This document shows, piece by piece, positions 49,348 through 57,911 of a DNA stretch of 64,000 nucleotides. Each line of letters starts with the position of its first letter. The stretch's first letter is position 1. The DNA lies in assembly GCA_009694955.1 (NCBI GenBank), contig SIBZ01000002.1:1418-65417 (forward strand), written 5' to 3'. The translations under genes were made by a program, and so were the position numbers. The DNA is from Candidatus Tayloriibacteriota bacterium. GTDB taxonomy: Bacteria; Patescibacteriota; Minisyncoccia; Phycocordibacterales; UBA10002. The notes under the pieces were generated by a model. That model ran no database searches. It saw only the letters and a list, made by a program, of their open reading frames with translations, and was not told where the DNA came from.

Positions 49348-50097
49348 TCAGTTTGTTTTTATGTGTACACCTTCTGATAGTCCGTGCTCACGCAGATACG
49401 CTTCAACCTCCCGCCATTTCTCGATCGTATCGATTCCCTTTGAATAGTCGTCGCACTCATAGGCAAAAAAGGGTAACCCCTTGGATACAATATCGGGGAG
49501 AAGATGCTTCCCTATCTCGTACGGCACGTTGGGTGGGATATGTGAGAGGATGGTTTTGCGCAGTATGAAGACGCCCCGCATACGGTACACGTGCGAATAC
49601 TCCCGCGTATGCGGTTTTGGGTGGATGGCGAGGAAACGCCCGTCCGCGCCGACCTCCGCCACATCGGCGTCCGCGTACTCGCGCGTTTCTTTCATCCGTT
49701 GCATACCGAGCGTTGTACGGGGAAGTTTCTCCCACGCCTCACGCATTTTCGAATAATCGACAAGGCTGAACGTGTCGCCGTACACGAGAAAAAACTCCTC
49801 ATCGAGCTTGCCTTCAAATCCCTTAAGCCCTCCGGCGGTACCGAGCGGTTTCTGCTCGAACGAGTAGGTAATCCGTACATCCCATTTTGAACCGTCGCCA
49901 AAATAATCCGTAATGACCTTCGGGAGGTAGTGCGTGTTGATGCAAAACGAGTGCACGCCGTGTTTCTTAAACTGTTCAATATGCCACAGGAGAAGCGGTT
50001 TCCCCAAAATGGGAATCATCACTTTTGGCACGGTGTCCGTGTACGGACGGAGCCTGGTTCCAAGTCCCGCGCATAGTATGACAGCTTGCGTACTCAT
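49348..50097 (-). CDS. Sugar-1-phosphate nucleotidyltransferase (HddC / mannose-1-P guanylyltransferase-like)
   Basis: ATG at 50097, in an ATGA overlap with the upstream stop. AVILCAGLGTRLRPYTDTVPKVM and LGTAGG motifs present. Confidence 0.8.
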   Translation of the reverse strand: MSTQAVILCAGLGTRLRPYTDTVPKVMIPILGKPLLLWHIEQFKKHGVHSFCINTHYLPKVITDYFGDGSKWDVRITYSFEQKPLGTAGGLKGFEGKLDEEFFLVYGDTFSLVDYSKMREAWEKLPRTTLGMQRMKETREYADADVAEVGADGRFLAIHPKPHTREYSHVYRMRGVFILRKTILSHIPPNVPYEIGKHLLPDIVSKGLPFFAYECDDYSKGIDTIEKWREVEAYLREHGLSEGVHIKTN

Positions 50098-50678
50098 AGT
50101 CGTGAATGCTTCTTAATATACCGCACGGCGCTTGGGAGGTCTGTGGCGACATGGTCCGGCTTGCCCGGAAACTGCCATACATCTTTCCCTGCCTCACCCG
50201 TTTGCACGAGAATCGTCGTGAGCTTCGCGCGGTTACCCGCGAGCGTATCGCGGGTACTGTCGCCAATCATAAAACTTTTCGAAAGGTCGATGGAATGGTC
50301 GCGCGCCGCTTGCAGGATGAGACCGATTTCCGGTTTCCGGCAGTCACATTTCACACGGTATCGTTCAACATTCGCATTCGGGTGATGCGGACAAACATAG
50401 AGCGCGTCGAGCTCTGCTCCATACGGGCGTAAACGTTCTTGCAATACGGTATGTATGTCTGCAATCATTTCTTCCGTCGCCATCCCGCGGGCGATGACCG
50501 GCTGATTGGTTACGAGGACGAGGAGATACCCGAGCTGGCGGAGTTTTGCGAGTGCCTCTCCGGTACGCGGAAGGAGGCGCAGGTCTTTGACGTTATGAAG
50601 CAGGTCGACAAACCGGATGAGCGTTCCGTCCCTGTCCAAAAAAACAGCTTTACGAAGGCGCCGAAGAGAAATATGCAT
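50094..50678 (-). CDS. gmhB: HAD-IIIA phosphatase, GmhB type, second copy
   Basis: ATG at 50678 (MHISLRRLRKAVFLDRDGTLI); the 44-codon track extension was rejected. VTNQPVI and CPHHP...CDCRKP motifs present. Confidence 0.8.
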   Translation of the reverse strand: MHISLRRLRKAVFLDRDGTLIRFVDLLHNVKDLRLLPRTGEALAKLRQLGYLLVLVTNQPVIARGMATEEMIADIHTVLQERLRPYGAELDALYVCPHHPNANVERYRVKCDCRKPEIGLILQAARDHSIDLSKSFMIGDSTRDTLAGNRAKLTTILVQTGEAGKDVWQFPGKPDHVATDLPSAVRYIKKHSRL

Positions 50679-50725
50679 CCCCCGATGTTCGCATAAAACA
50701 CGGAAACCGACAAGCGGAACCGCTT

Positions 50726-50755
50726 TTGCACGGAAAGAGCTATTCGGGCTATACT
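50726..50755 (+). promoter_or_regulatory. Candidate promoter for the plus-strand gmd-GT2 pair (near-leaderless)
   Basis: TTGCAC-18 nt-TATACT-7 nt-ATG(50763). A 14-bp near-palindrome AAGCGGAACCGCTT (50712-50725) abuts the -35. Confidence 0.35.
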
Positions 50756-50762
50756 GTCGGCT

Positions 50763-51794
50763 ATGTCCACAAAACGGAAACGCGCGCTGATTACCGGCAT
50801 TACCGGGCAAGATGGTTCATATCTTGCCGAGCTCCTTGTTTCCAAAGGATACGAGGTGTTCGGCATGCTCCGGCGAACATCGACGGACCCACTTATGCGA
50901 ATCGAGAAACTCTATATGGAGAAGAAAATCACGCTCTTAAACGGCGACCTGCGTGATGAAAAAGCGGTAGAGCGGGTGATGGCGCTGGCGAATCCGGATG
51001 AGATATATAATCTCGCCGCGCAATCCGATGTCAGTATTTCGTTCGCCTGTCCGGAAGAAACATTCGATATTAACTACCACGGCGTAGAGCGCGTAGTGAA
51101 GACGGCCAAGAAGTTTTTTCCGCATTCGCGCATCTATCAGGCTTCGACCAGCGAAATGTTCGGGACGACGACACCGCCCCAGAACGAAACGTCACCGTTC
51201 CGGCCGGTCTCTCCCTATGGCGAATCGAAACAAAAAGCACACGAGTACGTAACGCGCTTCCGGGAAAAGCACGGTCTGTACATCGCTTCGGGAATTCTGT
51301 TTAACCACGAATCGCCTCGGCGCGGAAAACATTTTGTCACGCGTAAAATCACGTATTCGCTCGCCAAGATAAAGCAGGGACTGCAAAAAACGCTTTTTCT
51401 TGGTAATCTGGAAGCACGGCGCGACTGGGGATTTGCGGGTGATTACGTCGAAGCGATTCATATGATGCTCCAGGAACAAAAGCCCGATGATTTCGTGATT
51501 GCCTCCGGAGAAAGCCGTACCGTGCGGGAATTTTTCGAAACCGCCGCGAACATCGCGGGTATACCGGTACATTTCGAAGGCTCCGGCGCCAAGGAGGTGG
51601 CGAAAGACGATACAGGCCGAGTTATTCTTACAATCGACAAGCATTACTATCGCCCCGCCGAAGTTGACTACCTGCAAGGCGATGCGCGCAAAGCGAACAA
51701 AGTGCTCGGATGGAAACCGAAGACGAGCTTCGAACAGTTGGTGGCTATGATGGTCGAGTCGGATATGAGAGAAGTCGCACAGAAAGCAATATGA
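50763..51794 (+). CDS. gmd: GDP-mannose (or GDP-heptose) 4,6-dehydratase, second copy
   Basis: ATG at 50763, 343 aa. [37 protein letters not shown] and RDWGF motifs present. Confidence 0.9.
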   Translation: MSTKRKRALITGITGQDGSYLAELLVSKGYEVFGMLRRTSTDPLMRIEKLYMEKKITLLNGDLRDEKAVERVMALANPDEIYNLAAQSDVSISFACPEETFDINYHGVERVVKTAKKFFPHSRIYQASTSEMFGTTTPPQNETSPFRPVSPYGESKQKAHEYVTRFREKHGLYIASGILFNHESPRRGKHFVTRKITYSLAKIKQGLQKTLFLGNLEARRDWGFAGDYVEAIHMMLQEQKPDDFVIASGESRTVREFFETAANIAGIPVHFEGSGAKEVAKDDTGRVILTIDKHYYRPAEVDYLQGDARKANKVLGWKPKTSFEQLVAMMVESDMREVAQKAI

Positions 51795-52531
51795 AACCGA
51801 AAACCGATACCGCAACAATGGCGCGGAAAGCCGCATTGGTACTCCCCACGTACAACGAGCGAGAGAATATGCAGGCGCTCATTCCGGCCGTATACGCGCT
51901 CCTCCCCGAGCTCACCATCTACGTCGTTGACGATAATTCACCCGACGGTACCGCCCTCGCAGTTCTCGAGCTCCAGCAAAGCTACCCCAACCTCCGGCTT
52001 GTCCGGCGCGCGAAGAAAGACGGACTGGGCAGAGCGTACCTGCACGGATTCAAAGAAGCGCTTAAAGACCCGGCGGTCGAAGCGATTTTTATGATGGACG
52101 GCGACCTTTCCCACGACCCTGCGCATATGCCCGAAATGCTCGCGCTTCAAAGCACTCATGACCTTGTCATCGGTTCGCGCTACATCAGCACAGGCAGGAC
52201 GCTTGGGTGGGAGTTGTGGCGACGGCTTCTCAGCAGGTACGGCAACGTCTATGCACGAACGATACTCGGCGTCCCCTACCGCGACTGTACGAGCGGATAC
52301 AACTGCATACGTGCGTCCCTCCTTCGTTCGCTTGATTTCAACCGGCTTAACCTTTCGGGGTACGCGTTTATTATGCACCTCAAATATCTTTTGCATTCGG
52401 CAGGCGCGCGCACGCTGGAAATTCCCATTACCTACAAAAACCGGACCGTCGGAAAATCAAAAATCTCAAACCACATTATCGCGGAGGGCATCATCGCCCC
52501 ATGGAAGATGCTTTTCGGACGAAATGCGTGA
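51791..52531 (+). CDS. GT2 polyprenyl-phosphate mannosyl/glycosyl transferase (Ppm1/DPM1-like, no TM)
   Basis: ATG at 51791, in an ATGA overlap with the gmd stop; the track start at 51710 was rejected. LVLPTYNEREN, VDDNSPDGT and MDGDLSHDP motifs present. Confidence 0.85.
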   Translation: MKPKTDTATMARKAALVLPTYNERENMQALIPAVYALLPELTIYVVDDNSPDGTALAVLELQQSYPNLRLVRRAKKDGLGRAYLHGFKEALKDPAVEAIFMMDGDLSHDPAHMPEMLALQSTHDLVIGSRYISTGRTLGWELWRRLLSRYGNVYARTILGVPYRDCTSGYNCIRASLLRSLDFNRLNLSGYAFIMHLKYLLHSAGARTLEIPITYKNRTVGKSKISNHIIAEGIIAPWKMLFGRNA

Positions 52532-53951
52532 TATCCCGTACCGTTCCGGCGCGCGTGTAATATGTTTCTATATCGGAAAGATACGGCACGACATTTTTCG
52601 CGTCGTTAACCCGTACAAATAAATGCGTGAGATCCGTTTCCTGTGCAAGACGCGTGAGGAGGTTTGGCATCGGCGGTACCTTCTCGAAAAAATCAAAATA
52701 TTGGTAGAGCCTCGCTGTCGGCACAAGAGCCGCGACGGGAGCTGAGTTGACGACATAGATGTTCCCCGCCGGAGCTTCCTTTGTGATGAACTGGTTGAAT
52801 TCATCCGCGGCGGTACTTTCGAAGATGGTTGCGAAAAAGAAGAGATGGATGAGTTGCATACACACAAGTCCCGAAAGAAGGAGGTTCGCGTACCGGAACC
52901 CGCGGACGGACGGGAACCTTTTGGTTACCCTGTCACGGAATATAAAGACGGCAACCGGCAGGCAGAGCAGAAAGACTGCCTGTGAAGGCAGAAGATACCG
53001 ATTCCAGCCGATACTCTGGATGAAAAAAAGAAACGTGAGCGCGCCGTAAGCGCAAAGAAACAGAATGACGCGGTTTCCCCGTCCTTCCCACAGTTTTTTC
53101 CACGGCGCAACAACGGTAAGGAGCGCGCCAATGAGGAGCGTGTACAGTAGTGAACTTTCGGTGAACAATCGGAGCACATTAGAGAGCAGTTTACTCTCGA
53201 CACCTCCTCCGCCCGCCGTTTTGTTCTGATAAAACGAAAGAATGGGGCCGACATCAAACATGTTGCCGGCGGGGAGAAGTGTCCAGATGTACAACAGCAC
53301 GGGGAGCCCGCATCCACACCAGAGCCAGAGCTCCCTCTTCCAGGAAAACTCCTTCCGGCTACAGAGCGCGGAAAGCGCGAGGGCCGGAGCGACCAAGAAG
53401 TAAATCGGCTTCACCGCGGCGGCGAGCCCGAGAAAAAGTCCCGCGAGAAACGGAATGGCACGATGCTCCTTGAAACGGGAAAGGAGGAAAGCTCCGAAAA
53501 ACAGGGGCACCAAAGCGGGGACTTCGGCAATCACCGTCTCTCCGTTACCGTAGATTGGGGCGAAGGTGGCGAGAAACAAAAGTGAAAAGAACGCGACCCG
53601 TTTTCCGAACAGTTCGCGCGCGAGCAAGTACGCAGAAAGCAGAAACAAAAGTATCCAGCCGGTCATATACAACCGAGCGAAACGGAAATCAAACCCGAAT
53701 ATCGTAAACACGACCGACAACGGAGTAATGACCGGATATCCGGTGGTCAGGTGAAAAGGCTTCTCGTACGGTACGCCGGGCGCAGTTTGTAGGTTGATAT
53801 ACCCCTGCTCCGAAAGAGAGCGCGTTTGCTGTATATTGATTGCTTCGTCAAACCAAAAAGCGGGGAACGTGGTGAGACCGCGAAAAGAAAAACACGCGGC
53901 AAACACCAGTATCGCTATCACGAAAATCTTTTCTCGGGAGACTAGTGGCAT
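52491..53951 (-). CDS. GT-C fold membrane glycosyltransferase (ArnT/PMT_2-like)
   Basis: I chose the ATG at 53951; a GTG at 53981 is an alternative start. Has the first-loop motif FWFDEA and more than 10 TM helices. The 3' end overlaps the convergent GT2 gene by 41 nt. Confidence 0.7.
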   Translation of the reverse strand: MPLVSREKIFVIAILVFAACFSFRGLTTFPAFWFDEAINIQQTRSLSEQGYINLQTAPGVPYEKPFHLTTGYPVITPLSVVFTIFGFDFRFARLYMTGWILLFLLSAYLLARELFGKRVAFFSLLFLATFAPIYGNGETVIAEVPALVPLFFGAFLLSRFKEHRAIPFLAGLFLGLAAAVKPIYFLVAPALALSALCSRKEFSWKRELWLWCGCGLPVLLYIWTLLPAGNMFDVGPILSFYQNKTAGGGGVESKLLSNVLRLFTESSLLYTLLIGALLTVVAPWKKLWEGRGNRVILFLCAYGALTFLFFIQSIGWNRYLLPSQAVFLLCLPVAVFIFRDRVTKRFPSVRGFRYANLLLSGLVCMQLIHLFFFATIFESTAADEFNQFITKEAPAGNIYVVNSAPVAALVPTARLYQYFDFFEKVPPMPNLLTRLAQETDLTHLFVRVNDAKNVVPYLSDIETYYTRAGTVRDITHFVRKASSMGR

Positions 53952-53987
53952 ACGTTTGTTTGTATACAATAGAAAGTTCACGCGCGC

Positions 53988-54857
53988 CTATCCGATGAGC
54001 GCGTCCGTCTTTTTTATATCGGCGACAATCCTTTGCACCACTATTTTCCCGGGAACGGGAGACGCGGTCTCAGTGACGATATCCATTGAAAGGCCTTTCT
54101 CGGCGAGCACCTCCGAAACAACCGCGCGGAGCGGAGTGCTTGTCCCGCTTCCTACATTATAGACTTCACCCGTTTTCCCCTTTTCCATAATAGCGCGGTA
54201 GTACTCCACCGCCCGCTCAACCGCAATATAATCGCGTGCACCCGCAAGGTCGGCTGTTTCAATCTTCCGTCTCTCTCCCCGCGTATACTCCTCCACTTGT
54301 GACGCGATATTGCCGGTTAACAGCACGGGTGATATACCCTTCCCTAGCAAATTAAACGTCCGCGCCATCACGATATCCATGTGGTACATCGCGACATAGG
54401 TTTCCATAAGCGTATGCTGAAATACTTTCGTGAGTCCGTAGATGGAAACGGGAACGAGCGGGTGGGTTTCAGAGACTGGAGTATCGGCATTCTGCGGTAC
54501 TCCGTATTCGGCCGAACTTCCGATAAGAAGCACTCGGCACGGGAGCGAGACACTCAGAATCGCATCGAGTAGATATTTGGTCGAGAGTACATTTGCCGTG
54601 TAGTCGGTTTCGTAGACGTTCGTGAACGTGCCGACAAGATGGTAGACCTTGTCTGGACGCACACCGGCGATAAGGCGCTGAACCGCCCCGCTGTCCGAAA
54701 AATCACACAGCCGAAAGCGCGAGTCTGATGTTTCCGGTTCCTTTTTGTCGGCGAAATACAGCTCGGTGGCTCCGTCTTTCGCAAGCAAAGCCGTAAGATG
54801 CTTCCCCGTAAATCCGTTCGAACCGGTGATGAGAATTGTGCGAGTGCTAGTTGCCAT
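53988..54857 (-). CDS. NAD-dependent sugar epimerase/reductase (extended SDR; GDP-4-keto-6-deoxy-sugar reductase is plausible)
   Basis: ATG at 54857, 289 aa. ILITGSNGFTGKHL and YGLTK (YxxxK) motifs present. Confidence 0.8.
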   Translation of the reverse strand: MATSTRTILITGSNGFTGKHLTALLAKDGATELYFADKKEPETSDSRFRLCDFSDSGAVQRLIAGVRPDKVYHLVGTFTNVYETDYTANVLSTKYLLDAILSVSLPCRVLLIGSSAEYGVPQNADTPVSETHPLVPVSIYGLTKVFQHTLMETYVAMYHMDIVMARTFNLLGKGISPVLLTGNIASQVEEYTRGERRKIETADLAGARDYIAVERAVEYYRAIMEKGKTGEVYNVGSGTSTPLRAVVSEVLAEKGLSMDIVTETASPVPGKIVVQRIVADIKKTDALIG

Positions 54858-55968
54858 ATATATACGCTAACACATTTCCCGCGCGGTTGCTCCACGTATA
54901 CGTACGGGCATCTTCTTTTGCTTGTCTCGCCCGCGCCGTACTCGCTTGTGGCGACCTCAGCGTTTCTTTGATAGCGTCCGCGAGCGCCTTCGGGTCGTCG
55001 GGCTCCACGATGTACGCATTCCGTTCCGAAAGCACTTCAGTAAGCGACGGAAGCTTCGACGCGACAATCGGTACTCCAGATGCCATATGGGCGAAAAGTT
55101 TCAAAGGAGAAGTAAATTCGCGGGAAATGCGTTCCTGTCCCGAGTTGGGAATAACGAGGACGTCCGCTATCTGCTGGTTCCTCGGCAAATCCGCGTACGG
55201 CCGGGCGCCGAGAAACGTGACCAGCGGATATTTCCGCTCATACGTTTCTTTTTCCTTTGCGGTTCCGCCGATAACCGCAATCTGTATGTTGTCCGATCTT
55301 AAAAACTCCGATGCCTTACACAAGGTCTCCACCCCCTTCCATTCCTCAAATCCCCCGATGTACACTGCGATCCTTTTATCCGGAGAAAGAGAGAGTCGCG
55401 CGCGCGCTTCTGTCTTCGTCACCAATACGCCGAACTGCTTTGCGTCATACCCGTCATGTGCCACGAGTATCCGCTCCTTTGGTACACCGGTGCGCACCAG
55501 CGCGTCTTTGAGGCCTTGCGTTATCGAAATGACGCCTTTTGCCTTCTTGATACTATGGGTGAAAATGAAAGACCGTCGAAGCTGATGCACTTCATAGAAC
55601 GCTCGGCGCGGTGACATAAGGAGGAGCGGGAGTTCTTCGCGCGTGTAGATAATCGCGTCCCGTTCTTGAAGCGCACGCCGTGTGGCGCGAAGCGCAAACA
55701 AAAACGACTCAATGAGAAAACCAAGCTTTCCGAACCTCACGATATCGGGAACCGGTATTCTTTCAATCGTGAAAATGCGCTCAATACCATAATAGACAAA
55801 TGGGTCCTCCTCCATCGTCTTACGGTCGGGTACGAGCAACGTCACGTTGATTTTTTCCGTGTCAGTTCCGTGTCTTTGGGCGAAGGCTTCACACATCTTC
55901 GCCACCTGAATGCCATGCGCGCGTTCGGTGGGAAAACGCATATTCGCTATGTAATATAAGGCGGTCAT
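54847..55968 (-). CDS. GT-B glycosyltransferase (GT4-like)
   Basis: ATG at 55968, in an ATGA overlap with the upstream stop. 373 aa. EWKGVETL...PLKLFAHMASGVPIV motifs present. Confidence 0.8.
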   Translation of the reverse strand: MTALYYIANMRFPTERAHGIQVAKMCEAFAQRHGTDTEKINVTLLVPDRKTMEEDPFVYYGIERIFTIERIPVPDIVRFGKLGFLIESFLFALRATRRALQERDAIIYTREELPLLLMSPRRAFYEVHQLRRSFIFTHSIKKAKGVISITQGLKDALVRTGVPKERILVAHDGYDAKQFGVLVTKTEARARLSLSPDKRIAVYIGGFEEWKGVETLCKASEFLRSDNIQIAVIGGTAKEKETYERKYPLVTFLGARPYADLPRNQQIADVLVIPNSGQERISREFTSPLKLFAHMASGVPIVASKLPSLTEVLSERNAYIVEPDDPKALADAIKETLRSPQASTARARQAKEDARTYTWSNRAGNVLAYIYGN

Positions 55969-57050
55969 CTGAATAGAACCTCTTTGTACGGACTTTTCTC
56001 ACGATCGAACACAATCTCGAAATATCGGTCGAGCCGGAGCTGAGAGAGAAAAACCTCCCGCGCCCGCCGTTCCTTCTCATCAAACTCGGCACTACTTTGC
56101 TCGCGCTCCCACACGCGGACACGTTCACAGAGAGCCATGCTGTCGCGCGCGGTAACACGAAGAATGAATTCGTCGTATGGAATAATTTCTTCAAGCGGAA
56201 GCACGCAATCGGTATCCAGAAAAAGTGGGACGCGGGACGCGGAAAGCGCTTCGTAAAACCGCTGGGAAGCATTGGCGTCCCCGCGTACCGAGAGCGCGAG
56301 GTCGCACTCGCGCAGATTCTCGACGTACTCAAGACGGTTTTGTTTCGGTTCGAACATGCGCTCTTTGTTAAAGAGCGAATAAAACGAACGCTCGATAACA
56401 CGAAGCGTGACACCTCCTTTCCGTAGCGCCCGAAGAGCGGTCTGCCTCCAAAAAATCCCGCGTATGTGCGCTTGCGGATAGGTATCGAGTGACAGATATA
56501 ATTGCAAGCATACGAGCCCCCGTTTCAGCGTCGCGCGGAGTCGTTTTACCGGGCTCTCGAACCGCGTTTGTCCGCAATAGCCAACGAGAAGCGTCGTTCC
56601 TCTTCTTTTCGAAGCGATACCGTAGACCGAACCGAAGTCCTCCACGAAGTATGGCATCACGATTTCATTTTTCCGCTTATGGTGCCGGTATGCGGACACG
56701 CGGAAGAGCACCGCGTGTGGGGGAAGTTTCGGGTTGCGGTCAACATAGTCTGTGTAGTCGAAGAGCAATACTTTCTTTCCGGCTTCTTTCGCAAGTGCAT
56801 ACGCCCGTTCAAGATACAGAGGCGCAGAGTCAACGGCAAAGAAATACTCGAATGGCACCGCGACAAAATCCGCCTCTCTAACCGAAGAAACTATCGTGAA
56901 AAACGGCGTCTCATACGCCTTCATAATGTCACGCAGAAAGAGGCGCTTCTCTGGAATATCGAAGCGGTAATTCGGCCAGAAGACGAGCGAGACGAGTAAT
57001 CCTTCTGGTACGCCGTGTGTGTCGGGAATATAGATGGTTGGTGTTCGCAT
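55965..57050 (-). CDS. Exostosin-like (GT47-like) glycosyltransferase
   Basis: ATG at 57050, 361 aa. YVENLRECDLALSVRGDANASQRFYEALSASRVPLFLDTDCVLPLEEIIPYDEF follows the exostosin C-terminal pattern (RG-D...S-R-EA...G-PV...D...LP). Confidence 0.55.
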   Translation of the reverse strand: MRTPTIYIPDTHGVPEGLLVSLVFWPNYRFDIPEKRLFLRDIMKAYETPFFTIVSSVREADFVAVPFEYFFAVDSAPLYLERAYALAKEAGKKVLLFDYTDYVDRNPKLPPHAVLFRVSAYRHHKRKNEIVMPYFVEDFGSVYGIASKRRGTTLLVGYCGQTRFESPVKRLRATLKRGLVCLQLYLSLDTYPQAHIRGIFWRQTALRALRKGGVTLRVIERSFYSLFNKERMFEPKQNRLEYVENLRECDLALSVRGDANASQRFYEALSASRVPLFLDTDCVLPLEEIIPYDEFILRVTARDSMALCERVRVWEREQSSAEFDEKERRAREVFLSQLRLDRYFEIVFDREKSPYKEVLFR

Positions 57051-57053
57051 GGG

Positions 57054-57911
57054 TTATTTCACCACATCAATCCAAAGTGACTGTCCGACAAGGGTGGTGA
57101 GCCATCGCTTTATCGGAGGCGGAATAAGCATGCCGAGCGGTAGAAATCGGTGCGGAAAATGATTGATTGCAGTAGCGACGTCAAATACTCTGACATGGAC
57201 GGATGCAAACGGCGCAAACAGTTCTCGGATTTCCTTTTTGCTGTAAAACTTCGTGAGCTGATTTCCCTCTTCGTACGCGCCGTCGGTATACCGGTTGGTG
57301 AGCTCCTGCACGCTCATATGAAGCAGTTTCCCGCGCACAATGCCTTTGCCGAAAAAAATGTAATACCAGAAATGAAGCGAGTGTTTGTAGTACATCATTG
57401 CCGAAGCCCTTCCTCCCGGACAGAGCACACGGTGGATTTCACGAATCGCACGCTCCGTATCGGGCATATGCATAAGACAGCCGAACGCGAGCACGAAATC
57501 GAATGAGGCGTCCGGAAACGGCAGATTCTGCGCGTCAGCAACCAGTACCTGTGCCCCGAGACCGTAGAGTTCGAGACGTTTTTTGGTAAGCTCCACGGCA
57601 GCGGGCGTGAGGTCGATTGCGGTCACTTCCGCTCCCGTACGGACAAATTGCTCGGTGCTCCACCCCGTACCGACGGCAATATCAAGAACTTTCTTCCCTT
57701 TGAGCGAACGATAGTCAATCAAGTTGGAAAGAAGCGGGTATCCTTTCTGCGCCCACGGCATCCATTTGATAATCTTCCGGTCGATATTGCGGAAAAACGC
57801 CCAGTCCGGCGTAATCTTTTTATTGTCCATCAGGTAGGTGAAAGGGTTCTGATTCCACCACTCCTTTACTTTTCCCGTGAGTTCTGCGCTCTGGCCTTCT
57901 CGAAATTTCAT
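57054..57911 (-). CDS. Class I SAM-dependent methyltransferase
   Basis: ATG at 57911, in an ATGA overlap with the asnB stop. VLDIAVGTGWST and LCPGGRA motifs present. Confidence 0.8.
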   Translation of the reverse strand: MKFREGQSAELTGKVKEWWNQNPFTYLMDNKKITPDWAFFRNIDRKIIKWMPWAQKGYPLLSNLIDYRSLKGKKVLDIAVGTGWSTEQFVRTGAEVTAIDLTPAAVELTKKRLELYGLGAQVLVADAQNLPFPDASFDFVLAFGCLMHMPDTERAIREIHRVLCPGGRASAMMYYKHSLHFWYYIFFGKGIVRGKLLHMSVQELTNRYTDGAYEEGNQLTKFYSKKEIRELFAPFASVHVRVFDVATAINHFPHRFLPLGMLIPPPIKRWLTTLVGQSLWIDVVK

